A program made the position numbers and the translations under genes. A stretch of 64,000 bases of DNA, from contig JBDRZL010000001.1 in the NCBI GenBank assembly GCA_039803925.1, forward strand, positions 172,800 to 236,799, in the 5' to 3' direction. Positions 1-9,744 of the stretch are shown here, piece by piece; the stretch's first letter is position 1; each line of letters opens with the position of its first letter. Source of the DNA: a candidate division WOR-3 bacterium (GTDB lineage Bacteria; Hydrothermota; Hydrothermia; Hydrothermales; JAJRUZ01). Under the pieces are notes generated by a model. The model saw only the letters and a program-made list of their open reading frames with translations. It had not been told where the DNA came from and did no database searches.

Positions 1-148
1 GCAAATCCTTGAGCACATATCAAGAAGAGGTAAGCTAGTTTATGAAAGAACTGTTGATGTTCATATAAGGAATTTGAGAAAAAAGCTTGGTGAAGCAGGA
101 AAGTTTATAAAGAATATAAAAGGAATGGGTTATAAATTTGAAGAATGA
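1..148 (+). CDS. phoB: response regulator, OmpR/PhoB family, C-terminal winged-helix fragment (5' end lies outside the window)
   Basis: The frame beginning at nt 2 reads ...[29 protein letters not shown] and stops at TGA 146-148, overlapping the ATG of the downstream histidine kinase. The motif is typical of the OmpR/PhoB DNA-binding wing. It lies immediately upstream of phoR-pstCAB-phoU. Confidence 0.55.
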   Translation, partial: QILEHISRRGKLVYERTVDVHIRNLRKKLGEAGKFIKNIKGMGYKFEE

Positions 149-1866
149 AAAAGATTTTTTATAAACTCTTTTTAAGTTATTTTTTAATTCTCTCTTTCTT
201 TTCCCTTCTTATTCTAATTTCAATTTTAGGAGTAGTTAGAAATAGATATATAGATGAACTTAAAAGTCACCTCGATGATCTTATTTTTTCTTTATCTGAT
301 AGGACAGAATACTTATTAATTAACAATGATATCAAAAGTTTAAGAATATTTATTAAGGAATTCAGTAATAAGAGAGGTTTAAAAATTAGCATTTATGATA
401 AATACGGAGAATTATTTTTAGACTCTGATATTGAGGAACAGATAAAAATAATGGAAAATAAAAAACCTGAAATAGATATAGCTTTCCATGGGGAAAAAGG
501 ATTTTCTATAAGAAAAAGTGAAATTTATAAGGATAATATGATTTTTTTAGCAGTTCCCCTTTATGAAAATGATAATATAATAGGGGTCTTAAGAATAGGT
601 TTAAAAGCTCAAAGGATAGATGATTTTATTACTAATTTATATAGAAGAATAGGACTTGTAATTTTAATTCTTATTTTATTTTCTTCCATAATTTCATTAA
701 TACTTTCAAGAAACTTTACTCTTCCGCTCAGGGATTTAACAAGGGCATTCAAAAGAATATCTTCTGGAGATACTGATATAAGAATTTTTTCTGAAAGAAA
801 GGATGAATTGGGTGAATTAACAAAGAATTTTAATTTAATGGCAGTTAACATAAAGAAATCACTTGATGAAATTGAAAAGGAAAAATCGATTATTGACTCA
901 CTCTCTAAGGCACTACCTGATTTAGTTTTATTGCTTGATAAAAGAGGAGAGGTTCTTTATTTTAATGAAAAAGCAAAGGAAAATTTTCAAAGTATTGAAA
1001 AAGGCAAATTTTATTATGAGTTTATAAAGGAACCGGAATTTTTATATAAATTTGAAAAAGCACTTGAAAAAGGAGAAGCAGAAGGTGAAATCAGTTTAGA
1101 TCATAAAATTTTTTATTTAAAAATAAAAAAAATACCTGAAACAGAGAATTTTGTTATAGTTTTGACTGATATAACTGAAATGAAAAAACTTGAAGAAGTT
1201 AAAAGAGATTTTACATTAAATCTTTCCCATGAACTTAAAACGCCATTAACTTTAATAAAAGGTTATATTGAGACGATTGAAGAAGAGGAAGAGATAAAAA
1301 ATAAAAGGTACATTTCAATAATTAAAAGACACATTGAAAGACTTATAGATATGACGGAAAAAATAATTTCTCTTTCTAAGATAGAAAGTGAGGAGAAAGC
1401 TCTTCAAATTGAAAAAATTAACCTGAGAGAGATAATTGACGGAGTTTTACCCATTTTTGAAAAGCGTTTAAAAGAAAAGGAAATAGAAGTAAAGGTTTAT
1501 ATACCTTCTGATTTACCTCTTATTGAAGGAGATAGATTTAAATTAGAACAGGTTTTTATAAATCTTTTTGATAATTCTATAAAATTTACATTTAAGGGTG
1601 AAATAAATATAAAGGCAAGAAAAAAGGATAATAGGGTTTTAATTGAATTCAATGATACAGGTGAAGGTATTGATGAGAGACATTTACCAAGGATTTTTGA
1701 AAGGTTTTATGTAGGTGTAAGGGGAAGGGAAAGAGAAAAATCAGGTGCAGGTCTTGGTTTAGCAATTGTGAAACAAATAATAAATTTACACAATGGAAAA
1801 ATTAGTGTTGAAAGTAAAAAAGGGGAAGGGACGAAATTTTTAATAGAACTTCCCTTAAGGTTTTAA
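145..1866 (+). CDS. phoR: sensor histidine kinase (TM-HAMP-PAS-HisKA-HATPase), PhoR-like
   Basis: It has an N-terminal TM segment, an H-box SHELKTPLT, an N-box FDNSIKFT, and G-boxes DTGEGID and GAGLGLAIV. The start overlaps the stop of the response regulator. It is followed by pstCAB-phoU. Confidence 0.75.
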   Translation: MKKIFYKLFLSYFLILSFFSLLILISILGVVRNRYIDELKSHLDDLIFSLSDRTEYLLINNDIKSLRIFIKEFSNKRGLKISIYDKYGELFLDSDIEEQIKIMENKKPEIDIAFHGEKGFSIRKSEIYKDNMIFLAVPLYENDNIIGVLRIGLKAQRIDDFITNLYRRIGLVILILILFSSIISLILSRNFTLPLRDLTRAFKRISSGDTDIRIFSERKDELGELTKNFNLMAVNIKKSLDEIEKEKSIIDSLSKALPDLVLLLDKRGEVLYFNEKAKENFQSIEKGKFYYEFIKEPEFLYKFEKALEKGEAEGEISLDHKIFYLKIKKIPETENFVIVLTDITEMKKLEEVKRDFTLNLSHELKTPLTLIKGYIETIEEEEEIKNKRYISIIKRHIERLIDMTEKIISLSKIESEEKALQIEKINLREIIDGVLPIFEKRLKEKEIEVKVYIPSDLPLIEGDRFKLEQVFINLFDNSIKFTFKGEINIKARKKDNRVLIEFNDTGEGIDERHLPRIFERFYVGVRGREREKSGAGLGLAIVKQIINLHNGKISVESKKGEGTKFLIELPLRF

Positions 1867-1868
1867 AT

Positions 1869-1914
1869 TTAACAGAAATTTAACAGAAATTTAAGGATTT
1901 TTTAACAGTTAAAG
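1869..1914 (+). promoter_or_regulatory. Pho box candidate: tandem TTAACA hexamers with an 11-bp period upstream of pstC
   Basis: Hexamers sit at 1869 (TTAACA), 1880 (TTAACA), 1891 (TTAAGG), 1902 (TTAACA) and 1909 (TTAAAG), each separated by about 5 nt. This matches the Bacillus-type PhoP box TT(A/T/C)ACA direct repeats with 5+/-2 spacers. It lies 15-60 nt upstream of the pstC ATG. Confidence 0.55.
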
Positions 1915-1928
1915 TATAAAAATAAAAA

Positions 1929-2822
1929 ATGAACTTTAAAAGAAAAAAATTTGAAGAAAAATTAATAAAAAGAATATTTTTTTTATTTGCTTTTCTTTCA
2001 GTAATAACAACTTTTGGAATCATATTTATACTTATTTTTGAGACAATTTCTTTTTTCAAAGAAGTATCAATAATTAGATTTTTTACAGAAAGGGAATGGA
2101 CTCCACTTTTTGCTATTAAAAAATTTGGAATCTGGCCTTTGCTCTCAGGTACATTTTTAACCTCCTTTATAGCTCTTTTAATAGCTTTCCCTATGGGAAT
2201 TTTTATTTCAATACTTATAAGTGAATATTTACATCCTAAATTGAAAGGAATTATTAAGCCACTTCTTGAAATTCTTGCAGGAATCCCGACAGTTGTTTAT
2301 GGATACTTTGCTCTTTTATATGTTACCCCCCTTTTAAAAAAGATAATACCTCAAATTTCTGGTTTTAATTCCCTTTCACCAGGGATAGTTCTTGGTATAA
2401 TGATAATCCCAACTATTGCATCAATGAGTGAAGATGCTTTTTCCCTTGTTCCGATGAGTTTAAGAGAAGCTTCCTATGCTTTGGGTGCCTCTAAGCTGGA
2501 AACAAGTTTGAAGGTTATTTTACCTGCTGCATCTTCTGGAGTTATATCTTCAGTTATTCTTGGCTTTTCAAGGGCAATTGGTGAAACCATGATAGTAACA
2601 ATTGCGGCTGGACAGAGACCTATTTTAACACTCAATCCTCTTGTTCCAATTGAGACGATTACTGCTTATATTGTTCAAGTTTCACTTGGTGATACACCAG
2701 CAGGTTCATTGGAGTATAGAACAATCTTTGCTGTTGGTATGGTATTATTTGTAATCACATTAATATTTAATATTTTGAGTCATAATTTAAGAATGAAATT
2801 TATAAAATCTTTCAGAATATGA
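1929..2822 (+). CDS. pstC: phosphate ABC transporter permease PstC
   Basis: It is a multi-TM protein with the EILAGIPTVVYGYF motif characteristic of PstC. It is the first gene of pstCAB. Confidence 0.85.
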   Translation: MNFKRKKFEEKLIKRIFFLFAFLSVITTFGIIFILIFETISFFKEVSIIRFFTEREWTPLFAIKKFGIWPLLSGTFLTSFIALLIAFPMGIFISILISEYLHPKLKGIIKPLLEILAGIPTVVYGYFALLYVTPLLKKIIPQISGFNSLSPGIVLGIMIIPTIASMSEDAFSLVPMSLREASYALGASKLETSLKVILPAASSGVISSVILGFSRAIGETMIVTIAAGQRPILTLNPLVPIETITAYIVQVSLGDTPAGSLEYRTIFAVGMVLFVITLIFNILSHNLRMKFIKSFRI

Positions 2823-3688
2823 ATGATTTAAAAAAATTAATATTACAAAAAAAGTTTAATGAAAAAATCTTTATATTAATTTCTATTTTATTTTTATCCT
2901 TTGCACTTTTAACTCTCATTCTTTTACTTACAGATATTTTTATAGATGGTTTCCCGGTTTTAAGTCTTAAATTTCTTTTAAGTTATCCGTCAAGGAAACC
3001 TGAAGAAGCAGGTATTTTATCACCTCTTGTAGGTTCACTATATGTTATGGCAGTTATGATAATTTTTATTGTTCCTGTTGGAATAGGAGCAGCTATTTAT
3101 CTTGAAGAATTTGCTCCAAAAAACTTTTTAACAAATCTAATTGAAATTAATATAGCGAATCTTGCTGGTGTTCCATCAATTATCTATGGACTTCTTGGAC
3201 TTGAAATCTTTGTTAGATTTTTTAAACTTGGTAGGTCTATCTTAGCTGGTTCTTTAACCCTTTCTCTCCTTGTTTTACCGATAGTAATAATGGCTACAAG
3301 AGAATCAATAAGACTTGTGCCATCTTCTATAAGGGAAGCAAGTTTAGCTCTTGGTGCAACTAAATGGCAGACAATTAAAAATCAGGTTTTGCCTCTTGCA
3401 ATGCCTGGAATTTTAACAGGAATTATTCTTGCTGTTTCAAGAGCAATTGGTGAAACAGCACCTCTTATAACAATTGGAGCCTTAACATACATTGCCTTTT
3501 TGCCGTCAACTCCTCTTTCACCCTTTACAGTTTTACCCATTCAAATATTTAACTGGGTTTCAAGACCTCAGAAAGCCTTTCATCATAATGCAGCAGGTGC
3601 AATAATAGTTTTACTTTTTTTAACTTTTATGTTAAACTTAACGAGCATAATTTTAAGAAATTATTATAGAAAAAAATATAAGTTATAA
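2819..3688 (+). CDS. pstA: phosphate ABC transporter permease PstA
   Basis: It is a multi-TM protein with the [18 protein letters not shown] motif. Its start overlaps the pstC stop by 4 nt. Confidence 0.85.
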   Translation: MNDLKKLILQKKFNEKIFILISILFLSFALLTLILLLTDIFIDGFPVLSLKFLLSYPSRKPEEAGILSPLVGSLYVMAVMIIFIVPVGIGAAIYLEEFAPKNFLTNLIEINIANLAGVPSIIYGLLGLEIFVRFFKLGRSILAGSLTLSLLVLPIVIMATRESIRLVPSSIREASLALGATKWQTIKNQVLPLAMPGILTGIILAVSRAIGETAPLITIGALTYIAFLPSTPLSPFTVLPIQIFNWVSRPQKAFHHNAAGAIIVLLFLTFMLNLTSIILRNYYRKKYKL

Positions 3689-3689
3689 A

Positions 3690-4442
3690 ATGATAGTTTT
3701 AAAAACAGAAAATTTAACGGTTTCTTTTGGTGATAGAATTGTTCTAAAAAATATCAATCTTGAAATAAAGAAGAATAAAATAACAGCAATAATGGGTCCT
3801 TCAGGATGTGGAAAAACGACCCTTTTAAGGTGTTTTAATAGAATGAACGATTTAATTGATGGTTTTGTATTAAAAGGTAAAGTTTTGTTTAAGGGTTTAA
3901 ATATTTATGATAATGGGGTTGAACCTTCAGAAATAAGAACAAAAATTGGAATGGTCTTTCAAAAGCCGAATCCTTTTCCAAAATCAATTTATGAAAATGT
4001 TGCTTATGGCCCAAAAATTTTAGGAATAAGGGACAAATCGAAACTTGACTTTATTGTGGAAGAGTCATTGAAAAAAGCATATTTATGGGACGAAGTTAAG
4101 GATAAATTAAAGGAAAATGCTTTAAATCTCTCAGGTGGACAGCAGCAGAGATTATGTATTGCAAGGGCACTTGCTGTGAATCCTGAGGTTTTGCTTCTTG
4201 ATGAGCCGACTTCAGCTCTTGATCCTGTTGCTGCAAATAAAATAGAGGAATTACTTGAGGAGTTAAAAAAATTTTTAACAATTGTAATTGTGACTCATAA
4301 CCCATCTCAGGCTTCAAGAATTTCAGATTACACTGCTTTTCTTTATATTGGTGAATTAATAGAATTTAATGAAACAGATAAAATTTTCACAGTTCCAAAA
4401 CATCCAAAAACTCAGGAGTATTTAAGTGGAAAGTTTGGATAA
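3690..4442 (+). CDS. pstB: phosphate ABC transporter ATP-binding protein PstB
   Basis: It has Walker [10 protein letters not shown], signature LSGGQQQRL and Walker B LLLDEP. The C-terminal sequence is PstB-like. Confidence 0.9.
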   Translation: MIVLKTENLTVSFGDRIVLKNINLEIKKNKITAIMGPSGCGKTTLLRCFNRMNDLIDGFVLKGKVLFKGLNIYDNGVEPSEIRTKIGMVFQKPNPFPKSIYENVAYGPKILGIRDKSKLDFIVEESLKKAYLWDEVKDKLKENALNLSGGQQQRLCIARALAVNPEVLLLDEPTSALDPVAANKIEELLEELKKFLTIVIVTHNPSQASRISDYTAFLYIGELIEFNETDKIFTVPKHPKTQEYLSGKFG

Positions 4443-4461
4443 AAGAAGGAGGTAATTTAAA

Positions 4462-5115
4462 ATGTTTGAACAGAAATTAGAAGAACTAAAAAAAGAAATA
4501 ATAAATTATGCTTTCCTTGTAGAAAAAATGATAGAAAAAAGTATAACAGGTTTGCTTGAAAAGAGGGAGGAACTTTTAAAAGAGGTAATAGAAAAGGATG
4601 AAATCTCTGCCAATGAACTTGAAATTAAAATAGATGAACTTGTTGTCACAATAATTGCAAAATATGAACCTAAGGGAAAAGATTTAAGAATGGTATTAAT
4701 GATTTTAAAAATAAATAATGATCTTGAAAGAATGGCTGACCATGCTGTTAATATATGTGAAAGTGCTCTTTTTCTTATAGAAAGACCTCAGGTAAAACCC
4801 TATATTGACTTACCTAAAATAGCAAAAGAATCCATAACTATGCTTAAAGATAGCGTAGATTCTTTTATTGAGGAAAATCCAAAAAAAGCTAAAAGTGTAT
4901 GTGAGAGGGATTATATAGTTGATGACCTTAATAAAAAAATTTTTGGAGAACTTATAGATTATATGACCAAAGACCCTTCCACAGTGGAAAGGGGAATCCA
5001 TATAATAAGAATTTCAAATAATATAGAAAGAATAGCAGACCTTTCAACAAATATAAGTGAAGATGTAATCTTTATGGTTGAAGGGAAAGTTATAAAACAC
5101 CATAAGGAAGAATAA
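4462..5115 (+). CDS. phoU: phosphate signalling complex protein PhoU
   Basis: It is 217 aa with the two-repeat PhoU architecture (DLERMADHA and IERIADLS motifs). An AGGAGG sits 8 nt upstream of the ATG. It lies downstream of pstB. Confidence 0.85.
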   Translation: MFEQKLEELKKEIINYAFLVEKMIEKSITGLLEKREELLKEVIEKDEISANELEIKIDELVVTIIAKYEPKGKDLRMVLMILKINNDLERMADHAVNICESALFLIERPQVKPYIDLPKIAKESITMLKDSVDSFIEENPKKAKSVCERDYIVDDLNKKIFGELIDYMTKDPSTVERGIHIIRISNNIERIADLSTNISEDVIFMVEGKVIKHHKEE

Positions 5116-5116
5116 G

Positions 5117-5145
5117 TTGAAAATTTTTAAAGGAAGTCTTATAAT
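5117..5145 (+). promoter_or_regulatory. consensus sigma70-type promoter (TTGAAA-N17-TATAAT) for the Lpp-like lipoprotein gene
   Basis: TTGAAA is at 5117-5122, the spacer 5123-5139 is exactly 17 nt, and TATAAT is at 5140-5145. Confidence 0.5.
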
Positions 5146-5171
5146 AAAAATATATAAATACAAATAATTGT

Positions 5172-5202
5172 GGGGTCCGAATCCCCTTTTAAAAATAAGG
5201 AG
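5172..5202 (+). promoter_or_regulatory. 5' leader mini-hairpin GGGGTCCGAATCCCC (T-loop-like) followed 10 nt later by SD AAGGAG
   Basis: A 4-bp GC stem with 7-nt loop TCCGAAT spans 5172-5186. The SD is at 5197-5202 and the ATG at 5210. The same arrangement recurs at 24728-24740 and 63148-63160. Confidence 0.45.
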
Positions 5203-5209
5203 TAATTTA

Positions 5210-5485
5210 ATGAAGAAGCTCTTATACATACTACCAATAGCAGGACTTTTATTTATATCCTGCCAGGTCCCTGAAAATATAAAGGCACTACCTGATAAGG
5301 TGAGTGCTCTGGAAACAAAAGTTCAGGAACTTGAGAGTAAAGTTTCTGATCTTGAATCAAGAGTTAATGAATTAAAGACAATGGTAGAAGAGTTAAAACA
5401 GGAAAAAGGGTCAAAAGAAACAAAACCTCAAACTGAGACAAAAGGTGAAGCTAAACCAAAGCTCCCACCAGTAAGGAAAAAATAA
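5210..5485 (+). CDS. Lpp-like coiled-coil lipoprotein (92 aa)
   Basis: It has a lipoprotein signal peptide MKKLLYILPIAGLLFISC. It then has heptad repeats (VSALETKVQELESKVSDLESRVNELKTMVEELK) reminiscent of Braun's lipoprotein. The ORF-track start at 5168 is an N-terminal over-extension, since the ATG at 5210 has a proper SD. Confidence 0.6.
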   Translation: MKKLLYILPIAGLLFISCQVPENIKALPDKVSALETKVQELESKVSDLESRVNELKTMVEELKQEKGSKETKPQTETKGEAKPKLPPVRKK

Positions 5486-5495
5486 GGAGGTAAAA

Positions 5496-6272
5496 ATGAA
5501 AAAGATTTTAATTCTTTCAGGGTTATTCATTGCCATAATATATTTTGCTGCCTGTAATGGAGAAGAGGAAATAGCCACTCCAAATGCAAGAATAACACAG
5601 ATTCTAAATCAGGGTGGAGGATTAAGATTTGAATGGGATCCTGTTGATGGTGCCGATGGATATAGAGTTTATGTAGATGGAACACAACAGTATCAGGGAA
5701 CAAATACATATTTTGAATGGACAAATCCTGCTAAAATAATAGAAATAGTTGCTTATGCTGGTGATAAAGAATCAAATCCAAAATCTTTTAATTTTACACC
5801 TGTTTCAAGAACAGGACAGGAACTCTGGGAAAGAAGTGCTTCAGGAAACAGTGCTTATGGATGGAATTCTGATGGTATAGGAACAAGTTATTCAATTCTT
5901 GACCAAAATAATTTTTCACAATTCGATTTTTATCTTGATGATTTAACAAGTGGTTCAACTGATCCTGCAAATATATACCTGGTTAGTCCCAATTACAACG
6001 CATTCGGTAACCCATTCAATAATACTGAAACAGCTTTTGCAGTGGGAACAGCTGATATAGCACCTGCACCGGGAAACTATTATACACCAACAACACAGAA
6101 CCCCATAGTCCAGGGTGAAACGTATTTTCTCTGGATAGACCATTCAGCTAACGGTTGGTCTGATGATGATAATTTTGTAAAAATTACAATAAATTCAATA
6201 GGAAGTGACGGAAGGGTGACTTTTGATTACTGGTTCCAGAAATACGGAGGACTTCGCTGGTTAAAGCCCTGA
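5496..6272 (+). CDS. lipoprotein with an FN3/Ig-like domain, hypothetical
   Basis: It has a lipobox signal ending ...IYFAAC. An AAGGAGG sits upstream. The motif WDPVDGADGYRVYVDG suggests an FN3-like fold. Confidence 0.55.
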   Translation: MKKILILSGLFIAIIYFAACNGEEEIATPNARITQILNQGGGLRFEWDPVDGADGYRVYVDGTQQYQGTNTYFEWTNPAKIIEIVAYAGDKESNPKSFNFTPVSRTGQELWERSASGNSAYGWNSDGIGTSYSILDQNNFSQFDFYLDDLTSGSTDPANIYLVSPNYNAFGNPFNNTETAFAVGTADIAPAPGNYYTPTTQNPIVQGETYFLWIDHSANGWSDDDNFVKITINSIGSDGRVTFDYWFQKYGGLRWLKP

Positions 6273-6303
6273 TAATATAGAAATTAAAGTCCACTTTTAA
6301 TAG

Positions 6304-6334
6304 CCCCCCTCGTAATGAGGGGGGTTTTTATTTT
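6304..6334 (+). terminator. rho-independent terminator
   Basis: A perfect 8-bp GC stem CCCCCCTC/GAGGGGGG with loop GTAAT is followed by TTTTTATTTT. It lies 32 nt after the stop of the 5496-6272 gene. Confidence 0.8.
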
Positions 6335-6376
6335 AAATAAGTGAAAAAATATTTTTGTCTTTCTTAATATTAAATT

Positions 6377-7393
6377 ATGAAAAAATTATTTTTAATTGTT
6401 TTTTTCATTTTTTATGCCTGTATAAAATCACCCCATGAGGTGGGTTGGTTTCTAACTCTCAGAATACCTGGAAAATTAAAAAAAACTACTGTTTTGGATG
6501 AGGTTTCTAAAAGTGATAAATATAGAGTTATTGCCGATTCGGTTTTTAATATACAGAAAATTATTCACCCAAATCTTAACAATTATTCAGGTTTTTCAGA
6601 ATTAGCAAGAGACACTTTAAGAAGGTTTATCCCTAAGATTATAGATACAACACGGAGTGAATTTGGTTCGCTTTTATTTCTTATATACGGAGGAACAAAA
6701 TATAAAGGTAATGTTTTAAATTCACCCTGCACCTTGAAAACTAAAATTTTAGCTTTTAGTTGGAATGATATCTCAGATACTTTTGAACTTTTTAAAAAAG
6801 ACAGTGTAAAGCAAGAAGTATCAGGTAATTTCAATATAATTCACAGATTACCCTTTAATGATTTTCCAGCCGGTCCTCATCTTTTTGTTATCATTCCTCA
6901 GATTTTAACAGGAACAGCAAATTTTGATACAGTAGAAACTTTTAAAGAGGCTCTTTTTGGTGCAAGAATTCTTGGTGATAACATTTTAACATTTACCGAT
7001 ACAATTAAAAACGATAATAAAGATGTAAGAGATTTAGCAAAAGAGAACAGGATTCAAAAAATTTTTCTTCATGCAGATGTTACCCATTCTTTACCTGCAA
7101 GATTTTATTTATCCATTCAAGTTTTTACAGAAAATAGTGACACTTTTATGCCTGTTAATAATTTGCTTTTCAGGGCTTCTCCTAAAAATATAGATGGTGT
7201 ATCTATTGATAGCACAAAGTTTTCCTTTGAAATTGATATTCCAAAGGAAGTTATAGATCTTGCTAAGGATTCACTTATTTTTTACAAAGCATTTGCTATT
7301 GTGGACAGTCAGGGAAATGCCTATATAAAACCTCTTGACTTTTTAAAATTAAAAGGCTATCTTGGAATTACAGTATATACATTGGAGAGATAA
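6377..7393 (+). CDS. hypothetical secreted protein or lipoprotein
   Basis: It has an N-terminal signal peptide ending FYAC. I recognise no domain. Confidence 0.5.
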   Translation: MKKLFLIVFFIFYACIKSPHEVGWFLTLRIPGKLKKTTVLDEVSKSDKYRVIADSVFNIQKIIHPNLNNYSGFSELARDTLRRFIPKIIDTTRSEFGSLLFLIYGGTKYKGNVLNSPCTLKTKILAFSWNDISDTFELFKKDSVKQEVSGNFNIIHRLPFNDFPAGPHLFVIIPQILTGTANFDTVETFKEALFGARILGDNILTFTDTIKNDNKDVRDLAKENRIQKIFLHADVTHSLPARFYLSIQVFTENSDTFMPVNNLLFRASPKNIDGVSIDSTKFSFEIDIPKEVIDLAKDSLIFYKAFAIVDSQGNAYIKPLDFLKLKGYLGITVYTLER

Positions 7394-7395
7394 TC

Positions 7396-9738
7396 ATGAT
7401 TAAATTATTACTGATTTTTTATCCTCTCTATAATACCTTAGGGGAGAATATCCCTGTGAGTTACCCATTTGGAAGTCAGAGCATCTTTTTCAACCCTGCC
7501 ATAATTGGTTCAGAATTTAACCCTTCCTATACTATTTCACTTCTTGGAACAAACCTTGCCCTTACTAATAACGCATTATCAATATCCCTTTATAATGATA
7601 TAATGTCTGCTAATGGTGATTCACTTAATAGGGAATTAAAAGATAAAATTTTAAAATACTCAGGTAATGCATGGAAATTGAACCATCTTTCTTATTTTTC
7701 TCCTTTTTCATTTTCAATAGGAAGGTTTGCTATGGGGTTTAGATTAATTCAAGGGTCTTTTATGATGATTCCAGAACCCTGGTTAAGGCTATTATTATAT
7801 GGAAATGAACTTGATAAAGTTTACGAAGCTAATAAGAATAACACAGCACTTCAGGTTCTTAATCTTTTTGAAATAAAAACGGGTTTTGGAAACGGTATTT
7901 TCCTTGATCCAAATGAAAAATTCAGATTACTTTATGGACTTTCTTTTTCTTTCTATATTTCAGGACCCTATCTTGAATTAAGTGATATTAATGTTAAATT
8001 AAATTCCTCAAGTGATGCAATAACAGGAAATGATTTTTTAAGTATAAGAGCAGATACAAACTTTTTTAACTTTGGATATTCAATGGATTTTGGTTTTGGT
8101 TTTGAATATAAAAAACTTTTTAATTTTTCTTTTGGATTTTCCAATATAATATCAAATCTAAACTTTTCAAAAGGAGTAATTTTTAGTCACAGGGGAAATC
8201 TTGATTCCCTTTATATAGGTGAAGGAATAGATTACGACACAATTGCAACCGATGATGTGGACACAATACCCGGAGCTTTCAGTGTAAAATTACCCTTGAT
8301 TTTCAAATTTTCAAGTTTTTACAGGCATCCAGAGGATAAATACAGATTGTTTTTTGCCTATGAACAGGGTTTTAAAAACACAGCCTTTTCTACAAAAACA
8401 CCGAGAATTTCCTTGGGTAGTGAGTATTTTGTCCATCCAAGAATCCCTTTAAGAGCAGGGTTTACTTTTGGAGGTTACGAAGGTTTTGCCTTTTCTCTTG
8501 GATTTGGTATAATAAGTAGGGATATTTCATCCATAAATATAGGAATATCACAGCATAGAGGAATTTTTACAGGAAGTAGAGGAATTTCTTTATCCTTTTT
8601 AACTGAATTTCATTCACCTTTTAAGGGTAAATTTAAGTTTAGAATTATAGATTCACTTACCAATAAACCTATAGCAAATGCTGTTTTAAGGTTAATTGAT
8701 ACAAAAGATAAAAAGGTTTTTGAAGGTTTAAGCGATGTTAATGGTGAAATAAAGGGTGAAATAAAAGGAGGTAAGTATAAATTTGATGTTGAGGCAGATG
8801 ATTATTATTCAAAATCAGGTCCTTTTGTAATAAAATCCGGAGAAAAAAGAGAAGAAAAGGTTCCTTTAAAAACAAAATTTGGAATCTTAACACTTTATGT
8901 TAAGAATAAAGATAATGAAGAGCCTTTAAGTGATGTGGATGTTACTATTCAATATAAAGAAAAAACTACAAAGGTAAAAACAGATAGAACAGGAACTCTA
9001 AAATTTAAACTGGAAAAAGGAGAATATACATTCAGGTTTGAACACCCTGATTATGTTCTCAAAACTGAAAGAATTTCCATAGAACCGGGAACAGTTAAAG
9101 AGGTAGATGTTTTCCTTTCAACAAAATGGGGAATTGTGAAAGGTAAGGTTTTTAATGCTCAAACAATGGAAACTCTTTCAGGTGATATAGAAATTTACCC
9201 TGAAAATAAAGATAGTTTAATTCAAAAAATTGTATCTCCTTCTGAGGGAACTTATGAGGTAAAACTCCTTGAAGGTATTTATCTATTTAAAGTAAAAGTT
9301 CCCAATTATATACCACAGGCAGCTTATGTTCAGGTTAAAGGTGGAGCTGTTTTAATAAAAGATTTTCCTATGTTAAAGGAAAAAATGGTATTTACCTTTA
9401 GAAATATATATTTTGATTTTAACAAAGCAACAATTAGACCTGAATCTTATCCTATACTTGATTCAATTTCTATAATGCTAAAGGATAATCCTACAATAAT
9501 TGTTGAAATAGGTGGTCATACTGATGAAAGGGGTTCAAATGCATACAATAAAAAATTGAGCCAGGGAAGAGCTGATGCTGTCAGGATTTATTTTATTGAT
9601 AAACATGGAATAGATCCATCAAGATTAATAGCAATTGGTTACGGAGAAGATAGACCTGTTATAAGAAATGCAAAAACTGAAGATGAACACCAGATGAATA
9701 GAAGGGTTGAATTTAAAATACTGGGAGAAAAGAAATAA
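7396..9738 (+). CDS. OmpA-family outer-membrane protein with three CarbopepD_reg-like beta-sandwich repeats
   Basis: The C-terminal OmpA_C-like domain reads NIYFDFNKATIRPES...GHTDERGSNAYNKKLSQGRADAV...NRRVEFKIL. Three internal repeats have the pattern FKFRIIDSLTNKPI...VLRLID, VDVTIQYKEKTT and GKVFNAQT. The start abuts the upstream gene stop. Confidence 0.7.
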   Translation: MIKLLLIFYPLYNTLGENIPVSYPFGSQSIFFNPAIIGSEFNPSYTISLLGTNLALTNNALSISLYNDIMSANGDSLNRELKDKILKYSGNAWKLNHLSYFSPFSFSIGRFAMGFRLIQGSFMMIPEPWLRLLLYGNELDKVYEANKNNTALQVLNLFEIKTGFGNGIFLDPNEKFRLLYGLSFSFYISGPYLELSDINVKLNSSSDAITGNDFLSIRADTNFFNFGYSMDFGFGFEYKKLFNFSFGFSNIISNLNFSKGVIFSHRGNLDSLYIGEGIDYDTIATDDVDTIPGAFSVKLPLIFKFSSFYRHPEDKYRLFFAYEQGFKNTAFSTKTPRISLGSEYFVHPRIPLRAGFTFGGYEGFAFSLGFGIISRDISSINIGISQHRGIFTGSRGISLSFLTEFHSPFKGKFKFRIIDSLTNKPIANAVLRLIDTKDKKVFEGLSDVNGEIKGEIKGGKYKFDVEADDYYSKSGPFVIKSGEKREEKVPLKTKFGILTLYVKNKDNEEPLSDVDVTIQYKEKTTKVKTDRTGTLKFKLEKGEYTFRFEHPDYVLKTERISIEPGTVKEVDVFLSTKWGIVKGKVFNAQTMETLSGDIEIYPENKDSLIQKIVSPSEGTYEVKLLEGIYLFKVKVPNYIPQAAYVQVKGGAVLIKDFPMLKEKMVFTFRNIYFDFNKATIRPESYPILDSISIMLKDNPTIIVEIGGHTDERGSNAYNKKLSQGRADAVRIYFIDKHGIDPSRLIAIGYGEDRPVIRNAKTEDEHQMNRRVEFKILGEKK

Positions 9739-9744
9739 TTTAAG

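Noticed and set aside
609-851. Many short ORFs nested in or antisense to long genes, e.g. 609-851, 4096-4317, 12789-13091, 19282-19548, 23256-23531, 24128-24388, 31113-31337, 36079-36363, 41427-41635, 44437-44796, 56592-56777, 59977-60210, 62760-62987.
   Set aside because: All lie entirely within well-supported longer CDSs on the opposite strand or in another frame. They have low-complexity composition and no SD, so I consider them spurious.
1866-1915. The direct repeat AATTTAACAGAAATTTAACAGAAATTTAA was a possible CRISPR or mobile-element repeat.
   Set aside because: There are only two to four short copies with an 11-bp period and no spacers, directly upstream of pstC. This is better explained as a Pho box.
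5172-5186. The GGTTCGAATCC-like sequences (also at 24728-24740, 47848-47860 and 63148-63160) look like tRNA T-arms, suggesting tRNA genes or tRNA-derived repeats.
   Set aside because: No acceptor stem, D-arm or anticodon arm can be formed in the flanking 80 nt at any copy. Only a 3 to 5-bp stem with the 7-nt loop exists, and each copy sits in a fixed position relative to an SD and start codon. I therefore treat them as leader hairpins rather than tRNA genes.
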